From Candidatus Latescibacterota bacterium (GTDB taxonomy: Bacteria; Latescibacterota; UBA2968; GCA-2709665): DNA of 64,000 nt. The notes under the pieces were generated by a model that did not search any database, was not told the origin of the DNA, and saw nothing but the letters and a program-made list of their open reading frames with translations. The position numbers and the translations under genes were made by a program. Below are positions 1 through 9,826 of the stretch, one piece after another (position 1 is the first letter of the stretch; every line of letters starts with the position of its first letter). Location of the stretch: positions 4,064,001 to 4,128,000 of the forward strand of contig OZ242180.1 in assembly GCA_965205485.1 (NCBI GenBank), read 5' to 3'.

Positions 1-136
1 CAGCTGGAAACCCGACGGAGTTGTCGGGCAATCCCATCGTCGAGTCGGAATCCATGGCGTCCGCCTTATGGTCGCTCAGGCGAACTGCCATGGGAATCCG
101 GCAGGAGACAGATGTGTATTTCTATCAGGTGCAAAC

Positions 137-754
137 GTGAACGGTTTTCAATCAGTTGAACGCAGCCCCGAGCCGCTTCGGCCGGAATCCCGATTTGTGT
201 TCGACGGTCAGCCCTCGTCCTTTTCCGTCTTGGACTTCTGGGTCTGGATGGGTTCAGACGTTTTGAACAACGCCTTTCGCGGAATGGTCGCTGAATACAT
301 TGTCGGCCAGGCCACTGGAGCATGGAACGACGCAGCCGTACGGGTCGAATGGGATGAGGTCGATATAAGGACGCCCGACGGGATTTCCATTGAGGTCAAA
401 TCTGCCGCATACATCCAGTCCTGGCGTCAGTCGCGACCATCTCGAATTATATTTCGAATCGCGAAAACCCTGTCATGGGATTCAGTGACGGGGGAGTACT
501 CGGATACACCAGATCGAAGCGCCGACGTCTATGTTTTCTGCCTGCTTTCTCATCGTGACTATCGGACGATCAACCCTCTCGAACTGACACAGTGGGAGTT
601 TTACGTCGTGCCCACAAGAACGCTGGATGAGATACTCGGCGACCAGAAGACTGTCCGGCTCTCGCGTTTGCGGGATATGGGAGTCGCTCCGGTCGGTTAT
701 TGCCAGTTGCGAACCGCCATACTTGAGGCATATGGCGAGGGAGAGAGCAACTGA
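137..754 (+). CDS. Conserved hypothetical protein with PD-(D/E)xK nuclease-like fold
   Basis: ORF 68..754, likely GTG start at 137. Motif 'RGMVAEYIV...WDEVD...IEVKSAAY' resembles a PD-(D/E)xK core. Confidence 0.6.
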   Translation: MNGFQSVERSPEPLRPESRFVFDGQPSSFSVLDFWVWMGSDVLNNAFRGMVAEYIVGQATGAWNDAAVRVEWDEVDIRTPDGISIEVKSAAYIQSWRQSRPSRIIFRIAKTLSWDSVTGEYSDTPDRSADVYVFCLLSHRDYRTINPLELTQWEFYVVPTRTLDEILGDQKTVRLSRLRDMGVAPVGYCQLRTAILEAYGEGESN

Positions 755-916
755 ATGCAGAAGTTGGAACGAATAATAACGCAACTCGTTTGACCGGACT
801 CGCCGTTTCGCACCGAATCCTTCTGTGTCTTTTGTGCTTTTTGTGGCCAAATTGACGGCTGTCTTTTTTGGAATCGAGGCGAATTCTTGGCGCAAGCCTG
901 AAGTGGAGGAATCTAC

Positions 917-2020
917 GTGGAACACGAGATCCCGGATTGGGTGACATATCCGCGTGAAGAGTGGATCGAGATTTCGCCCGCTGACGCCGGACTGGACGTT
1001 GAGAAGTTCGAACGCTTTCTGTCGGGCCTGGATATAAAGGGCGCGTCGTTCGGCGGCGAGGACCACACCGGGAACCAATGGGGCACGGTATTCACGCGCG
1101 GAGGGTACCTGGTGCACGCCTGGGGCGACCGGCATTACCGGTTTCAGACCGCATCTATGGGCAAGGCGTTCATGTGGGTACTGATCGGATTTGCGGTGGA
1201 GGAGGGGATGCTGGATCCGGATCAGCCGATCCACATATCCTGGACGGGTGAAGGCGAACTGTCTCATCCACACAAATACCTGAACCGGGGACACCACCGG
1301 ACGCTGACCTGGCGCCACCTCATCGGTCCGAAGTGGAAGAGCGCCCATGAGGGAGGCTTCCCCATGGAACTGGGAAGCGTGTGGTCGAAGGGGCCTGAGG
1401 ACCGCGCAAGGGCAGCGGCGGACCGATGGTGGCCTGCGTGGGCGACCTGGACCGGGGACCCGTTTTACGACCTCTACTCGCACGTCGAACCGGGTACGGT
1501 TGAGCATTACAGCAGTGCGGGGTTCTGGCGGCTGGGTCAGGCCCTGACCTGCGTTTGGGACCGGGACCTGAAAGAGGTATTGGACGAGCGAGTGTTCGGA
1601 AAGATCGGGATTCCGCCGCAGCGATGGGACTGGTACACGGGAAGGACGATGAGTGAAAGCAAATACTTCTATCCGGCCATTCCGGATTCGTACACGTATC
1701 TCGATCCGCCCTTCGAAATCAACGGTCACGTGGTACGGAGCGGTCCGGGCTGGGTGGCGATGAGCCCATTGGATATCGCCCGTTTCGGGCATCTGCTGGC
1801 GACCCGTGGGCAATGGGAGGGCGAGCAGCTGGTCGATCCGGATTGGCTGCGTGGACACAGTGGCGGCAATCGCTGCGGCGTCAGCGGCGAAAGCACGCAT
1901 TACACGGCAATGGCGCAGGTGACCACCGAAGGCTTCGATCATCCCCATTCAGTCGTGACCAAGAGCCTGCTGCCGGAGGACCTGTTCGTCGGCCCGGTCC
2001 GGGTTTCCGGGAAAGGGTGA
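917..2020 (+). CDS. Serine hydrolase, beta-lactamase class C-like
   Basis: SxxK (SMGK), YSS and HSGG motifs; segment 'MSPLDIARFGHLL..GQWEGEQLV'; GGAGG RBS. Confidence 0.8.
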   Translation: MEHEIPDWVTYPREEWIEISPADAGLDVEKFERFLSGLDIKGASFGGEDHTGNQWGTVFTRGGYLVHAWGDRHYRFQTASMGKAFMWVLIGFAVEEGMLDPDQPIHISWTGEGELSHPHKYLNRGHHRTLTWRHLIGPKWKSAHEGGFPMELGSVWSKGPEDRARAAADRWWPAWATWTGDPFYDLYSHVEPGTVEHYSSAGFWRLGQALTCVWDRDLKEVLDERVFGKIGIPPQRWDWYTGRTMSESKYFYPAIPDSYTYLDPPFEINGHVVRSGPGWVAMSPLDIARFGHLLATRGQWEGEQLVDPDWLRGHSGGNRCGVSGESTHYTAMAQVTTEGFDHPHSVVTKSLLPEDLFVGPVRVSGKG

Positions 2021-2032
2021 GGGGAGCGCAAT

Positions 2033-3220
2033 ATGGACGCCGTTCGAATCGGGATCGCCGGGCTGGGCCATCGAGGGCTGCACTGGATCCGCCTGTTGCA
2101 GGAGATCCCGGGTTACCGGATTACGGCGGTGTACGACTGGATCGAGCCCCTGCAGGAGCGCGCGCTGGGGCGCATCAGCTACGGTGGCGATGTTAGGGTG
2201 TTCTCGGGCTACGAAGACTTCCTGACGTACGACGGGATGGATGCGGTTGGCCTCTGTGTGCGGCGGAAGGAGGTGGGGGAGATGGCGGCGCGGGCGCTGG
2301 AGGCCGGAAAACACGTGAATTCCGAAGTGCCCGCGGCGTATACCATGGCGGACTGCTGGCGGATCGTGACCGACGTGGAGCGGACCGGACTGGTGTACAG
2401 CCTGGCCGAGCAGACGCGGTTCTGGGGTGTGATCGAAGGCTGGCGGCAACTGGTCGCGGAGGGACGCCTGGGCAAGATTACCTATGCCGAGGGCCAGTAC
2501 GTCGGGTGGTACGGCACCCACCAGTATTTCCAGGATTTCAAAACCGGTAGACAGTATCCCGTCGAGGCGCTGCCCGACCATCCCGAAGCCGAGCCCACAG
2601 TGCTGCACTCACTTCCCGTGATGATCGGAGGCATCGGTTCACACGATATGGACGTGGTGCTGACCGTCCTGGACGATCGGGTCGTGGAAGTGGTGGGAAT
2701 GAGCACGAAGGCGCCCAGCTACACCTGGTCTGAGATTTCACGCCCGGATATGCAGGTGGCGTTGATGAAGACGGAGAAGGACACGGTGATCCGGATGCTG
2801 TGCGGGTTCACCCAGCCCAGGCCGCACTGCGATCACCACTGGTGGCAGTTCATCGGCACGAAGGGCGGCGTCGAATGGCGCCGGTCGCTCAACGAGAAGC
2901 CGAAGATGTGGCTCGCCGACACCCAGATGAACGACTGGTCTGAGGTGGACTGGCAGTATCAGCGCACAGATGCCCCGCCGGGCGCCCGGGGCAGCGGCCA
3001 TGGCGATGCCGACTATTACGTCCACACGCATTTCAGGGACGCCGTACGCGAGGGAAAGCCGCTGCCGCTGGACGTCTACAGGGCAATGGATACGACCGCG
3101 CCCGCCATCCGGGCACACGATTCGATTGTCGAAGGTGGAAAGCTCATGAAGGTCCCTGATTTTCGCCCGGGTCCGGAACGCCCCGACGGGGAGATGCCGG
3201 TGGATCCGCTGAACCGGTAA
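2033..3220 (+). CDS. Gfo/Idh/MocA family oxidoreductase
   Basis: N-terminal Rossmann 'IGIAGLGHRG', 'ALEAGKHVNSEVP', C-terminal 'GHGDAD'. Confidence 0.9.
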   Translation: MDAVRIGIAGLGHRGLHWIRLLQEIPGYRITAVYDWIEPLQERALGRISYGGDVRVFSGYEDFLTYDGMDAVGLCVRRKEVGEMAARALEAGKHVNSEVPAAYTMADCWRIVTDVERTGLVYSLAEQTRFWGVIEGWRQLVAEGRLGKITYAEGQYVGWYGTHQYFQDFKTGRQYPVEALPDHPEAEPTVLHSLPVMIGGIGSHDMDVVLTVLDDRVVEVVGMSTKAPSYTWSEISRPDMQVALMKTEKDTVIRMLCGFTQPRPHCDHHWWQFIGTKGGVEWRRSLNEKPKMWLADTQMNDWSEVDWQYQRTDAPPGARGSGHGDADYYVHTHFRDAVREGKPLPLDVYRAMDTTAPAIRAHDSIVEGGKLMKVPDFRPGPERPDGEMPVDPLNR

Positions 3221-3361
3221 TTGCGAAGTGGAGTCTCTGGTTGGGATCTGGCTTCTGTCGTAATGGGGATTCGGAAGGATGCGCTTTGCATCCTCTATCG
3301 CGAGCATGAACCTGATCGACCACGAATCATCTGCTCCGTGGGGACTGAGTGGACGTCAGAC

Positions 3362-3401
3362 TTGACGCGTTTGCCTTACTTGATTATACTAATTTGTAAG
3401 G
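3362..3401 (+). promoter_or_regulatory. sigma70 promoter of the TA operon with inverted-repeat operator
   Basis: TTGACG (3362-3367), 17 nt, TATACT (3385-3390). Inverted repeat CCTTAC (3374-3379) / GTAAGG (3396-3401). Confidence 0.7.
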
Positions 3402-3410
3402 AGAAATGCG

Positions 3411-3653
3411 ATGATTGTCAAAATCACTTCAAAACGCCAGGTCACCTTTCCTGCGCGTGTGCTGGACGCTCTTGGGGTTGGCCCGGGCGACCATCTGGAA
3501 ATCGTTGAAGGGCCCGACGGATTCGCCCTGAAGCCCAGACGCATCGATCATTCCCGTCTCGGGACGTTACGCGATAAGATCCGGCGCGGTCAAGGGACGT
3601 TTGATCTTCAGGACTTCAGGGAGCAATCGTATGACCCTTCGCTTCGGGATTGA
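3411..3653 (+). CDS. AbrB/MazE/SpoVT-family antitoxin
   Basis: 'KITSKRQVTFPARVLDALGVGPGDHL' SpoVT-AbrB signature; overlaps the downstream PIN gene. Confidence 0.9.
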   Translation: MIVKITSKRQVTFPARVLDALGVGPGDHLEIVEGPDGFALKPRRIDHSRLGTLRDKIRRGQGTFDLQDFREQSYDPSLRD

Positions 3654-4029
3654 CACGTCAGTCCTCGTGCGTTTGCTAACAAGAGACCCGGAAGAAGACT
3701 TCGCCTACTGCGTAAGCAGACTTGGGACGCTGATCAACGAGCACGGGCACGAGGTCTTCGCTTCAAACCAGGTCATTGGAGAGACCTACGTTGCGGTACA
3801 GCACCACTATGGCGTATCAAAAGCCGATGCACGAGAGTCATTGCTAGACGCGCTGCGCAGCGGCCTGGTCTCCCCCCTGAACGGCGGCTCGGTTATCGAA
3901 GCCCTTGAGGCCACCGGCGGCGCAGGCCTGTTTGATCGGCTGATCGCCGACGACTATTCTCGCGCTGGCATGGAAGTCCTAACGTTGGACAAGAAGATGG
4001 CCGCCCTGTCCGATGTTTGCCAACTGTAG
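3631..4029 (+). CDS. PIN-domain toxin (VapC-like)
   Basis: 'IDTSVLVRLL...E...FDRLIA...LTLDKK' PIN acidic residues; downstream of the AbrB gene. Confidence 0.85.
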   Translation: MTLRFGIDTSVLVRLLTRDPEEDFAYCVSRLGTLINEHGHEVFASNQVIGETYVAVQHHYGVSKADARESLLDALRSGLVSPLNGGSVIEALEATGGAGLFDRLIADDYSRAGMEVLTLDKKMAALSDVCQL

Positions 4030-4102
4030 AAAGAAGCGTTGCGGGCGAATTCCAATCTCGCCGATGGAATGAGGATTCCTCGACCTGCTACGGCCGGCGC
4101 CA

Positions 4103-4127
4103 GGGCGACCACAAGGGTCGCCCCTAC
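4103..4127 (-). repeat. GTAG-family REP palindrome (single copy)
   Basis: Minus strand reads GTAG-GGGCGACC-CTTGT-GGTCGCCC, a GTAG tetranucleotide plus an 8-bp hairpin. Confidence 0.7.
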
Positions 4128-4221
4128 AAATACGTGGTCGCGACATTAACGAGACAAAAGTCGCAGTTTTTGGATTGGCCTGCCCGTTCTAACGCAGAAA
4201 TGAAGGTGCGAAGGGAAACAA

Positions 4222-5121
4222 ATGAAAAAGATCATCCTCGACACGGACATAGGCGACGACGTGGATGACGCGTTGGCGCTGGCTTTCGCTCTGCTTTGCG
4301 GGGAGATCGAGCTTGTGGGTGTGACCACCGTGTTCCGCGACACGGTGAGGCGCGCAGAGCTGGCGTGTTGTGTCCTGGACGCGCTGGAAAGAGGTGACGT
4401 TCCCGTCTACGCCGGTCTCGGCAAGCCGCTGTTCGATAATGCATCGAAGGGGCAGGCCGCTATTGAGAAGCATCGACCCCGGCAGATGGCGGCCATCCGG
4501 CGGTACCCGGGACCGTCGCGGACGGCAGAGGGGCGGGCGGTCGACTTCATCGTCGAAACGGTGATGGGCGGCGCCGGAGACGTAACGCTTGTTCCGATCG
4601 GCCCGCTGACGAATATCGCTGCCGCGTTGACGGTGGAGCCGCGTCTGGTGCAGAAGACGACAATCTGCCTGATGGGCGGATGCGTGGGGCAGATGAGGGC
4701 GGAGTGGAACATCCTCTGCGATCCCGAAGCGGCGCACGTGGTGTTCGGCGCCGGGGCCCCGATCACCATGGTGGGCCTCGACGTGACTGAAAAGTGCCGT
4801 CTGGACAACGCGCAGGTGCAGGCGATCGGCAACGTGGACCGGCCCCTCAACAGGCTTTGTGTCGATCTCATCCGGCTTTGGCGGGAAGATTCCGGGTGCG
4901 AATATCCCATACTGCACGATCCCCTCGCTATTGCGATGGCGTTCGATCCCACGTTCTGCGAAACCCGATCCAGCGCCATCCACGTTGAAACGCGTTCCGA
5001 CCGGCTCAAGGGCGCGACGGTACGCATCCGATCCGATGAATTCGAGGCCAACGCGGAGGTTTGCGTGGACGTGGATTCCGGACGTTTCGTGAGCCTTTTC
5101 GTCGATACGCTCACATCGTGA
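4222..5121 (+). CDS. Inosine/uridine-preferring nucleoside hydrolase
   Basis: DTDIGDDVDD, IGPLTNIA, AEWNILCDPEAA and LHDP motifs. Confidence 0.95.
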   Translation: MKKIILDTDIGDDVDDALALAFALLCGEIELVGVTTVFRDTVRRAELACCVLDALERGDVPVYAGLGKPLFDNASKGQAAIEKHRPRQMAAIRRYPGPSRTAEGRAVDFIVETVMGGAGDVTLVPIGPLTNIAAALTVEPRLVQKTTICLMGGCVGQMRAEWNILCDPEAAHVVFGAGAPITMVGLDVTEKCRLDNAQVQAIGNVDRPLNRLCVDLIRLWREDSGCEYPILHDPLAIAMAFDPTFCETRSSAIHVETRSDRLKGATVRIRSDEFEANAEVCVDVDSGRFVSLFVDTLTS

Positions 5122-5163
5122 ACGGGTCGCAACGCCGAATACGTCTTTCCGGGCGTTCGAAAC

Positions 5164-5709
5164 ATGGCCAATCCGAAACATCTTGAAATCATCAGAAACA
5201 GCGTTCAGGACTGGAATCGCTGGCGAGCGGAGAACCGGGGCCTCACGCCCGACTTGTCCGGCGCTGACTTCAGCTACGAAGACCTCAGCGGCGCGGATTT
5301 CAGGAGTATGGACCTGAGCTACGATAACCTGAGTTCCGCCACGCTTGTCGGCGCAAACTTCGACCGCACCGTGCTGGACCACACGGACTTGAGCGATTCG
5401 TATCTTCCGAATGCCACCTTCCGCCAGGCCAACCTGAATTGCGTCAACCTCTACGGGGCCGTGCTTGCGGGCGCCGATTTTACCGATTGCGATCTGAGCG
5501 AAGGCTCTCTCAAGGAAACGGATCTCGAAGATGTCGTTTTCCTCAACACGGACCTTCGCAGTACCACATTCACGGGTGCGGAGGGACTGACCGCGCAGCA
5601 GTTATTGAAGGCGCGATCCCTGCTTGGCGTCATCGATCTGGATACGCGCATCCTGAACCAGGTCGTCGGCGCGAGACCCCGGCTGCTGGCACCGGCGGAA
5701 GATCGATAG
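5164..5709 (+). CDS. Pentapeptide repeat protein
   Basis: 'WNRWR' N-terminus followed by A(D/N)LxG-type pentapeptide repeats. Confidence 0.9.
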   Translation: MANPKHLEIIRNSVQDWNRWRAENRGLTPDLSGADFSYEDLSGADFRSMDLSYDNLSSATLVGANFDRTVLDHTDLSDSYLPNATFRQANLNCVNLYGAVLAGADFTDCDLSEGSLKETDLEDVVFLNTDLRSTTFTGAEGLTAQQLLKARSLLGVIDLDTRILNQVVGARPRLLAPAEDR

Positions 5710-5901
5710 GAGAGGCGGGTGCGCACACGCGATCAATCGGAGAGGTGTCGTTGTGACGAGTACTTGTCGCTTTCCGTCGCATCCGAGAATGCCAGCGGAT
5801 CCATACATTTCGCTTGACGTTTTCCGCATTTGCTTTAACTTCAAAGTAATGGTAGAAGTTTTTTGTGCACTTTATTCTCTAACAGTTAGATATAATGTCA
5901 C

Positions 5902-7317
5902 ATGAATAAGCCAGGTCAGATTGAGGGATTGCCTCAGGTGGATGAGGCCGTTGTGGGACTCTGCGTGGAGGCGGTGGCCTCCGGCGGGATCGGAGAGGCT
6001 GTCGGCATCCGCGCCGGGGACGTCATCGAGGCCATCAACGGCGAGTCCGTACGCGATCCGATCGACTATCGCTTCCACGTCGCGGAAGAGGCGGTGGAGG
6101 TGGTTCTCCGGCGGGGCACGGACGTCATCGTGGTGGATATCGAAAAGGACACGGACGACGACCTCGGCGTGACCCTGGCGGAGATGCCCATCATCAAATG
6201 CAACAACAAGTGCGTCTTCTGCTTTCTCCACCAGATGCCCAGGAAGATGCGTAAGACCCTCTACTATCAGGACGACGATTACAGACTCTCCTTCCTGCAC
6301 GGTGCGTACGTTACGCTCACGAATCTGTCTGAAGCGGAGTTTCAGAGAATCGTCGAACAGCGCTTGAGTCCCATGTACATTTCGGTCCACGCCACCGATC
6401 CGGATCTCAGGGGGGCGTTGCTGGGACGTTCAGAGCCGGTGGACGTTATGGAGCGCATCGATTACCTGGCCACACACAACATACAAATGCACGCGCAGGT
6501 CGTTCTGTGCCCGGGCGTCAACGACGGACAGCACCTGAAGCGAACGGTGTTCGATCTGGCCCAGTGGTACCCTTCCGTAGCGTCCGTGGGCATTGTTCCA
6601 CTGGGTCTGACTCGATATCGCCAGAATCTGCCGCGCCTGGACCCGGTAACTCCCGAAGTCGCCCGAACGTGCCTGGACCGCGCTGCGGCGTGGCAGCGCC
6701 AGCTTCACCGAAGGTTCGGCGTCAATTTCGTCTATTTCGGTGACGAGTTCTATCTGATGGCAGGCCGGAAAATCCCGGAGGCCGCGCACTACGACGGCTT
6801 TCCGCTTGTGGAGAACGGCGTTGGAATGGTACGACGGTTCTCGGATTGCTTCGAAGAGGGCGTGTCCGGCCTGGAAACGCTGAATTGCAGACCGGTTTCA
6901 ATGACGCTGGTCACGAGCGTGCTTGGCGCGGGATTCATCCGGCCGATGGCGACGCGACTGAACCGGATCCCGTGGATGACAGCGCACGTAGTGGAGGTGA
7001 AGAACCGTTTTCTGGGCGAGGGTATTACGGTCTCTGGACTGCTGACCGGACAGGATATGCTGCACGCCCTCGAGACACAGTTGCAGGAGACCGACGTCGT
7101 AATCCTGCCGCCCAACTGCATCAGCCATCACGGCCTGTTTCTCGACGACCTGACCCCAAACGATCTGGAACTGGCCCTGAAACGCCGGGTCCGTATTGGC
7201 ACCTATGATCTTGCGGAAACGGCGGCGCGGGTCGCCCGTGGGGATACCCGTCCCTCGGGTACGGTCCACGATCCGGCGGCGCCGCATCCGTATATCATGT
7301 CGCATCAGGTGGCCTGA
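5902..7317 (+). CDS. DUF512 family PDZ + radical-SAM-like Fe-S protein
   Basis: N-terminal PDZ-like segment, CxxxCxxC (CNNKCVFC), 'DDDYRLSFLHG', 'PGVNDG', 'ENGVG'. Typical upstream neighbour of der. Confidence 0.9.
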   Translation: MNKPGQIEGLPQVDEAVVGLCVEAVASGGIGEAVGIRAGDVIEAINGESVRDPIDYRFHVAEEAVEVVLRRGTDVIVVDIEKDTDDDLGVTLAEMPIIKCNNKCVFCFLHQMPRKMRKTLYYQDDDYRLSFLHGAYVTLTNLSEAEFQRIVEQRLSPMYISVHATDPDLRGALLGRSEPVDVMERIDYLATHNIQMHAQVVLCPGVNDGQHLKRTVFDLAQWYPSVASVGIVPLGLTRYRQNLPRLDPVTPEVARTCLDRAAAWQRQLHRRFGVNFVYFGDEFYLMAGRKIPEAAHYDGFPLVENGVGMVRRFSDCFEEGVSGLETLNCRPVSMTLVTSVLGAGFIRPMATRLNRIPWMTAHVVEVKNRFLGEGITVSGLLTGQDMLHALETQLQETDVVILPPNCISHHGLFLDDLTPNDLELALKRRVRIGTYDLAETAARVARGDTRPSGTVHDPAAPHPYIMSHQVA

Positions 7318-7342
7318 CGCGGCAGGCTCGGGAGCCTTTCTT

Positions 7343-8662
7343 ATGCCGAAGCGACGCGTCGTAGCGATAGTCGGCCGGCCCAACGTCGGAAAATCAACGC
7401 TCTTCAATCGGTTTCTGGGGCAGCGTCGGGCCGTCGTAGACGATTTGCCCGGCGTGACGAGAGATCGAAACTATGCGGAGGTATCCTGGAACCGTCGCGT
7501 CTTCACGCTGGTGGATACGGGCGGCTATACGCTCAATCCGGACGCGGGCATTGCGCGGTCCGTCGGGGACCAGGTCGAGGTGGCCGTGGCGGAAGCGGAC
7601 GTGGTCCTGCTGGTGATGGACGCCAAGACCGGTCCGACCGACGACGACTCGGCCATTGCCCGTTTGGTGCGCCTGAACGGGATACCTTGCCTGCCGGTTG
7701 TCAACAAAGTGGATTCAGACCGGGACGAGCCGGACGTGGCCGGATTCTACGGTCTGGCGCTTGGCGAGCCCGTACCGGTGTCAGCGTTGAGCGGGCGGAA
7801 ATCCGGCGATCTTCTGGATGAGGTGGTCTCGCTCATACCGGAGGCCGATCCGTCCGCCGAAGAGGATGACGGCCCGCCCCGAATCGCGGTCGTCGGTCGG
7901 CCCAACGTCGGCAAGTCCACCTTTATCAATCGGTTGGCAGGTGAAGACCGGATGGTGGTCAGCCCGGTTCCGGGCACGACGCGGGATGCCATCGATCTGC
8001 CGATGAAGCGAAACGGGCGCGATCTGCTGCTGATCGATACCGCGGGACTTCGCAGGCGTACGAGGGTGAAGGAGCAGGTCGAGTATTACAGCGCGGTACG
8101 AACGAGGACAAGTCTGGACCGGTGCGATGTCGCCATCGTTCTTGCCGATGCGAATGAAGGGATCACACTTCAGGACGCGAGGATTCTCGGCAACGCGGCC
8201 GAACTGGGCAAGGGCGCGCTGCTGGCGATGAACAAATGGGACCTGATCGAGAAAGACGACAAGACGGCGATCGTGCATGAACAGGACATCGTCGGCCGGT
8301 TTCCGTCGCTAAGGGATTTTCCGGTTTTCTTCGTTTCCGCGCTGTCCGGCCAGCGTGCGTGGAAACTGGTTGAAACGGCGCTCGAGATTTACGACAGGCG
8401 CCGCCAGCGAATTGCGACCTCCGCCCTGAATCGATTCCTGGAAGAAGTCAACGCCTCCCATCCGCCGCCGACCAGGAGGGGACGGGCGTCAAAGATGTAC
8501 TATTGCGTTCAACCCGCGGTGGCGCCGCCCACGGTGATCTTCTTTACAACGAGACCGCGAGACGTGCCGGAACACTATCGTCGGTATCTGGAACGGCGGT
8601 TGAGGGAGCGATTCGAACTGGAGGGGACGCCGGTTCGGATCGTATTCAAGAAGAAGCGATGA
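7343..8662 (+). CDS. der: Ribosome biogenesis GTPase Der (EngA)
   Basis: Two GTPase domains (GRPNVGKS twice, DTGG/DTAG, NKVD/NKWD) plus KH-like C-terminus. Confidence 0.97.
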   Translation: MPKRRVVAIVGRPNVGKSTLFNRFLGQRRAVVDDLPGVTRDRNYAEVSWNRRVFTLVDTGGYTLNPDAGIARSVGDQVEVAVAEADVVLLVMDAKTGPTDDDSAIARLVRLNGIPCLPVVNKVDSDRDEPDVAGFYGLALGEPVPVSALSGRKSGDLLDEVVSLIPEADPSAEEDDGPPRIAVVGRPNVGKSTFINRLAGEDRMVVSPVPGTTRDAIDLPMKRNGRDLLLIDTAGLRRRTRVKEQVEYYSAVRTRTSLDRCDVAIVLADANEGITLQDARILGNAAELGKGALLAMNKWDLIEKDDKTAIVHEQDIVGRFPSLRDFPVFFVSALSGQRAWKLVETALEIYDRRRQRIATSALNRFLEEVNASHPPPTRRGRASKMYYCVQPAVAPPTVIFFTTRPRDVPEHYRRYLERRLRERFELEGTPVRIVFKKKR

Positions 8663-8669
8663 AAACCAA

Positions 8670-8879
8670 GAAGCTGTCTTAGAATTCCCAGCGGTCTTCG
8701 CGCGGCTGCAAAAGCGCCGGTCGGCGTTGGTCAAATCCGCCCGTCCTATGAGATCGAGGCTGCGCTTGCTCGCCTCTCATAGCCGGATTTTCCCGTCGGC
8801 GCTGCGCGCCCCTCGCGCCTCATAACCGCCACTTTTTCGCTCGCGCTCGGGAACTCACCGGAAATTTTAAAACAACTTC
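8670..8879 (-). mobile_element. MITE family 1, copy A
   Basis: TIRs GAAGCTGTCTTAGAATT / AATTTTAAAACAACTTC; 3-bp direct repeat CAA on both sides. Confidence 0.85.
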
Positions 8880-8881
8880 CA

Positions 8882-9244
8882 ATGAACAAGATCTACTATT
8901 CCATCCGGGAAGTGTCTGAAAAAACCGGCATTGAACCTCAGGTACTGCGCTATTGGGAGAAGGAATTTCCAATGCTCCAGCCCCGTCGCGCCCGTGCCGG
9001 GAAACGGCTCTACCGGGAACGGGATATCAAGGTCCTTCTGGCCATCAGACGCCTGAGGCAGGACGAAAAATACACCGTCAAGGGCGCACGTGAAAGGCTC
9101 AGGGAAGATCCCTCTCTGTGGCGAGACCTCAGCGTCGAAGCGGAGACGACGGAGTCCCGGCAACCCTCGGGACCGGAGGAGGTCATTAACGAGATGCGCG
9201 GAATGCTTGTTGAACTGAGGCGTCTGGTCGACGGAGGGGCGTGA
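8882..9244 (+). CDS. MerR-family transcriptional regulator
   Basis: 'YYSIREVS...LRYWEKEF..L.PRR...KRLY...YTVKGAR' MerR HTH. Confidence 0.93.
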   Translation: MNKIYYSIREVSEKTGIEPQVLRYWEKEFPMLQPRRARAGKRLYRERDIKVLLAIRRLRQDEKYTVKGARERLREDPSLWRDLSVEAETTESRQPSGPEEVINEMRGMLVELRRLVDGGA

Positions 9245-9270
9245 GAAGGCGCCGGCGGGGAAATTTGTGC

Positions 9271-9299
9271 TTGCGCTATAACGTGAAATACCATATATT
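9271..9299 (+). promoter_or_regulatory. sigma70 promoter of the rimP-nusA-infB operon
   Basis: TTGCGC (9271-9276), 17 nt, TATATT (9294-9299). Confidence 0.6.
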
Positions 9300-9316
9300 T
9301 AGTTTTCTTAACAGCG

Positions 9317-9341
9317 AGAGTGGGCGGATGCCCGCTCTTTT
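9317..9341 (+). promoter_or_regulatory. rimP leader attenuator hairpin
   Basis: AGAGTGGGC-GGAT-GCCCGCTCT-TTT upstream of rimP; matches the GAGUGGG...CCCRCUCUUUU leader pattern seen before rimP. Confidence 0.7.
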
Positions 9342-9364
9342 GAATATAGGGGCCACATTCGAGT

Positions 9365-9814
9365 ATGGACGATCCGGCGCTGCAGGAATCCATCGAAAAG
9401 CTGGTCGCACCCTATCTGAAGTACCAGGGTGCCGATCTGGTCGACCTGCAGCTTTCCGGCAGTCCCCGGAACCGAACGCTTCGCATCGACGTGGATCATC
9501 TGGAAGGTATCACCGTGGATGATTGCGCGCGCCTCAGCCGCGGAATCGCGGACGTCCTCGATACACACGATCCAATCAGCGGACGTTACGTACTCGAGGT
9601 CTCCTCGCCGGGGCTCGACAGACCCCTGAAGTCGGATCGAGACTACAAACGCGCGGTCGGTCAGACCGTAAGGATAATTCTCGATGGCGGGCACGTCCTG
9701 ATCGGTCAGTTGATTCGATTCGATGGGCTCCAACTGGTGCTTGCGGTCGATGGGGAGACCCGGGTCGTTGCGGCCGACGAGATACGGAAAGCCAACCTCC
9801 ATTTTGAATTTTGA
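9365..9814 (+). CDS. rimP: Ribosome maturation factor RimP
   Basis: 'GITVDDCARLSR...YVLEVSSPGLDRPL' signature. Confidence 0.97.
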   Translation: MDDPALQESIEKLVAPYLKYQGADLVDLQLSGSPRNRTLRIDVDHLEGITVDDCARLSRGIADVLDTHDPISGRYVLEVSSPGLDRPLKSDRDYKRAVGQTVRIILDGGHVLIGQLIRFDGLQLVLAVDGETRVVAADEIRKANLHFEF

Positions 9815-9826
9815 GGAGATGTCCTT

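Noticed and set aside
1..67. Possible minus-strand gene start at the left edge
   Set aside because: Too little sequence to support a call.
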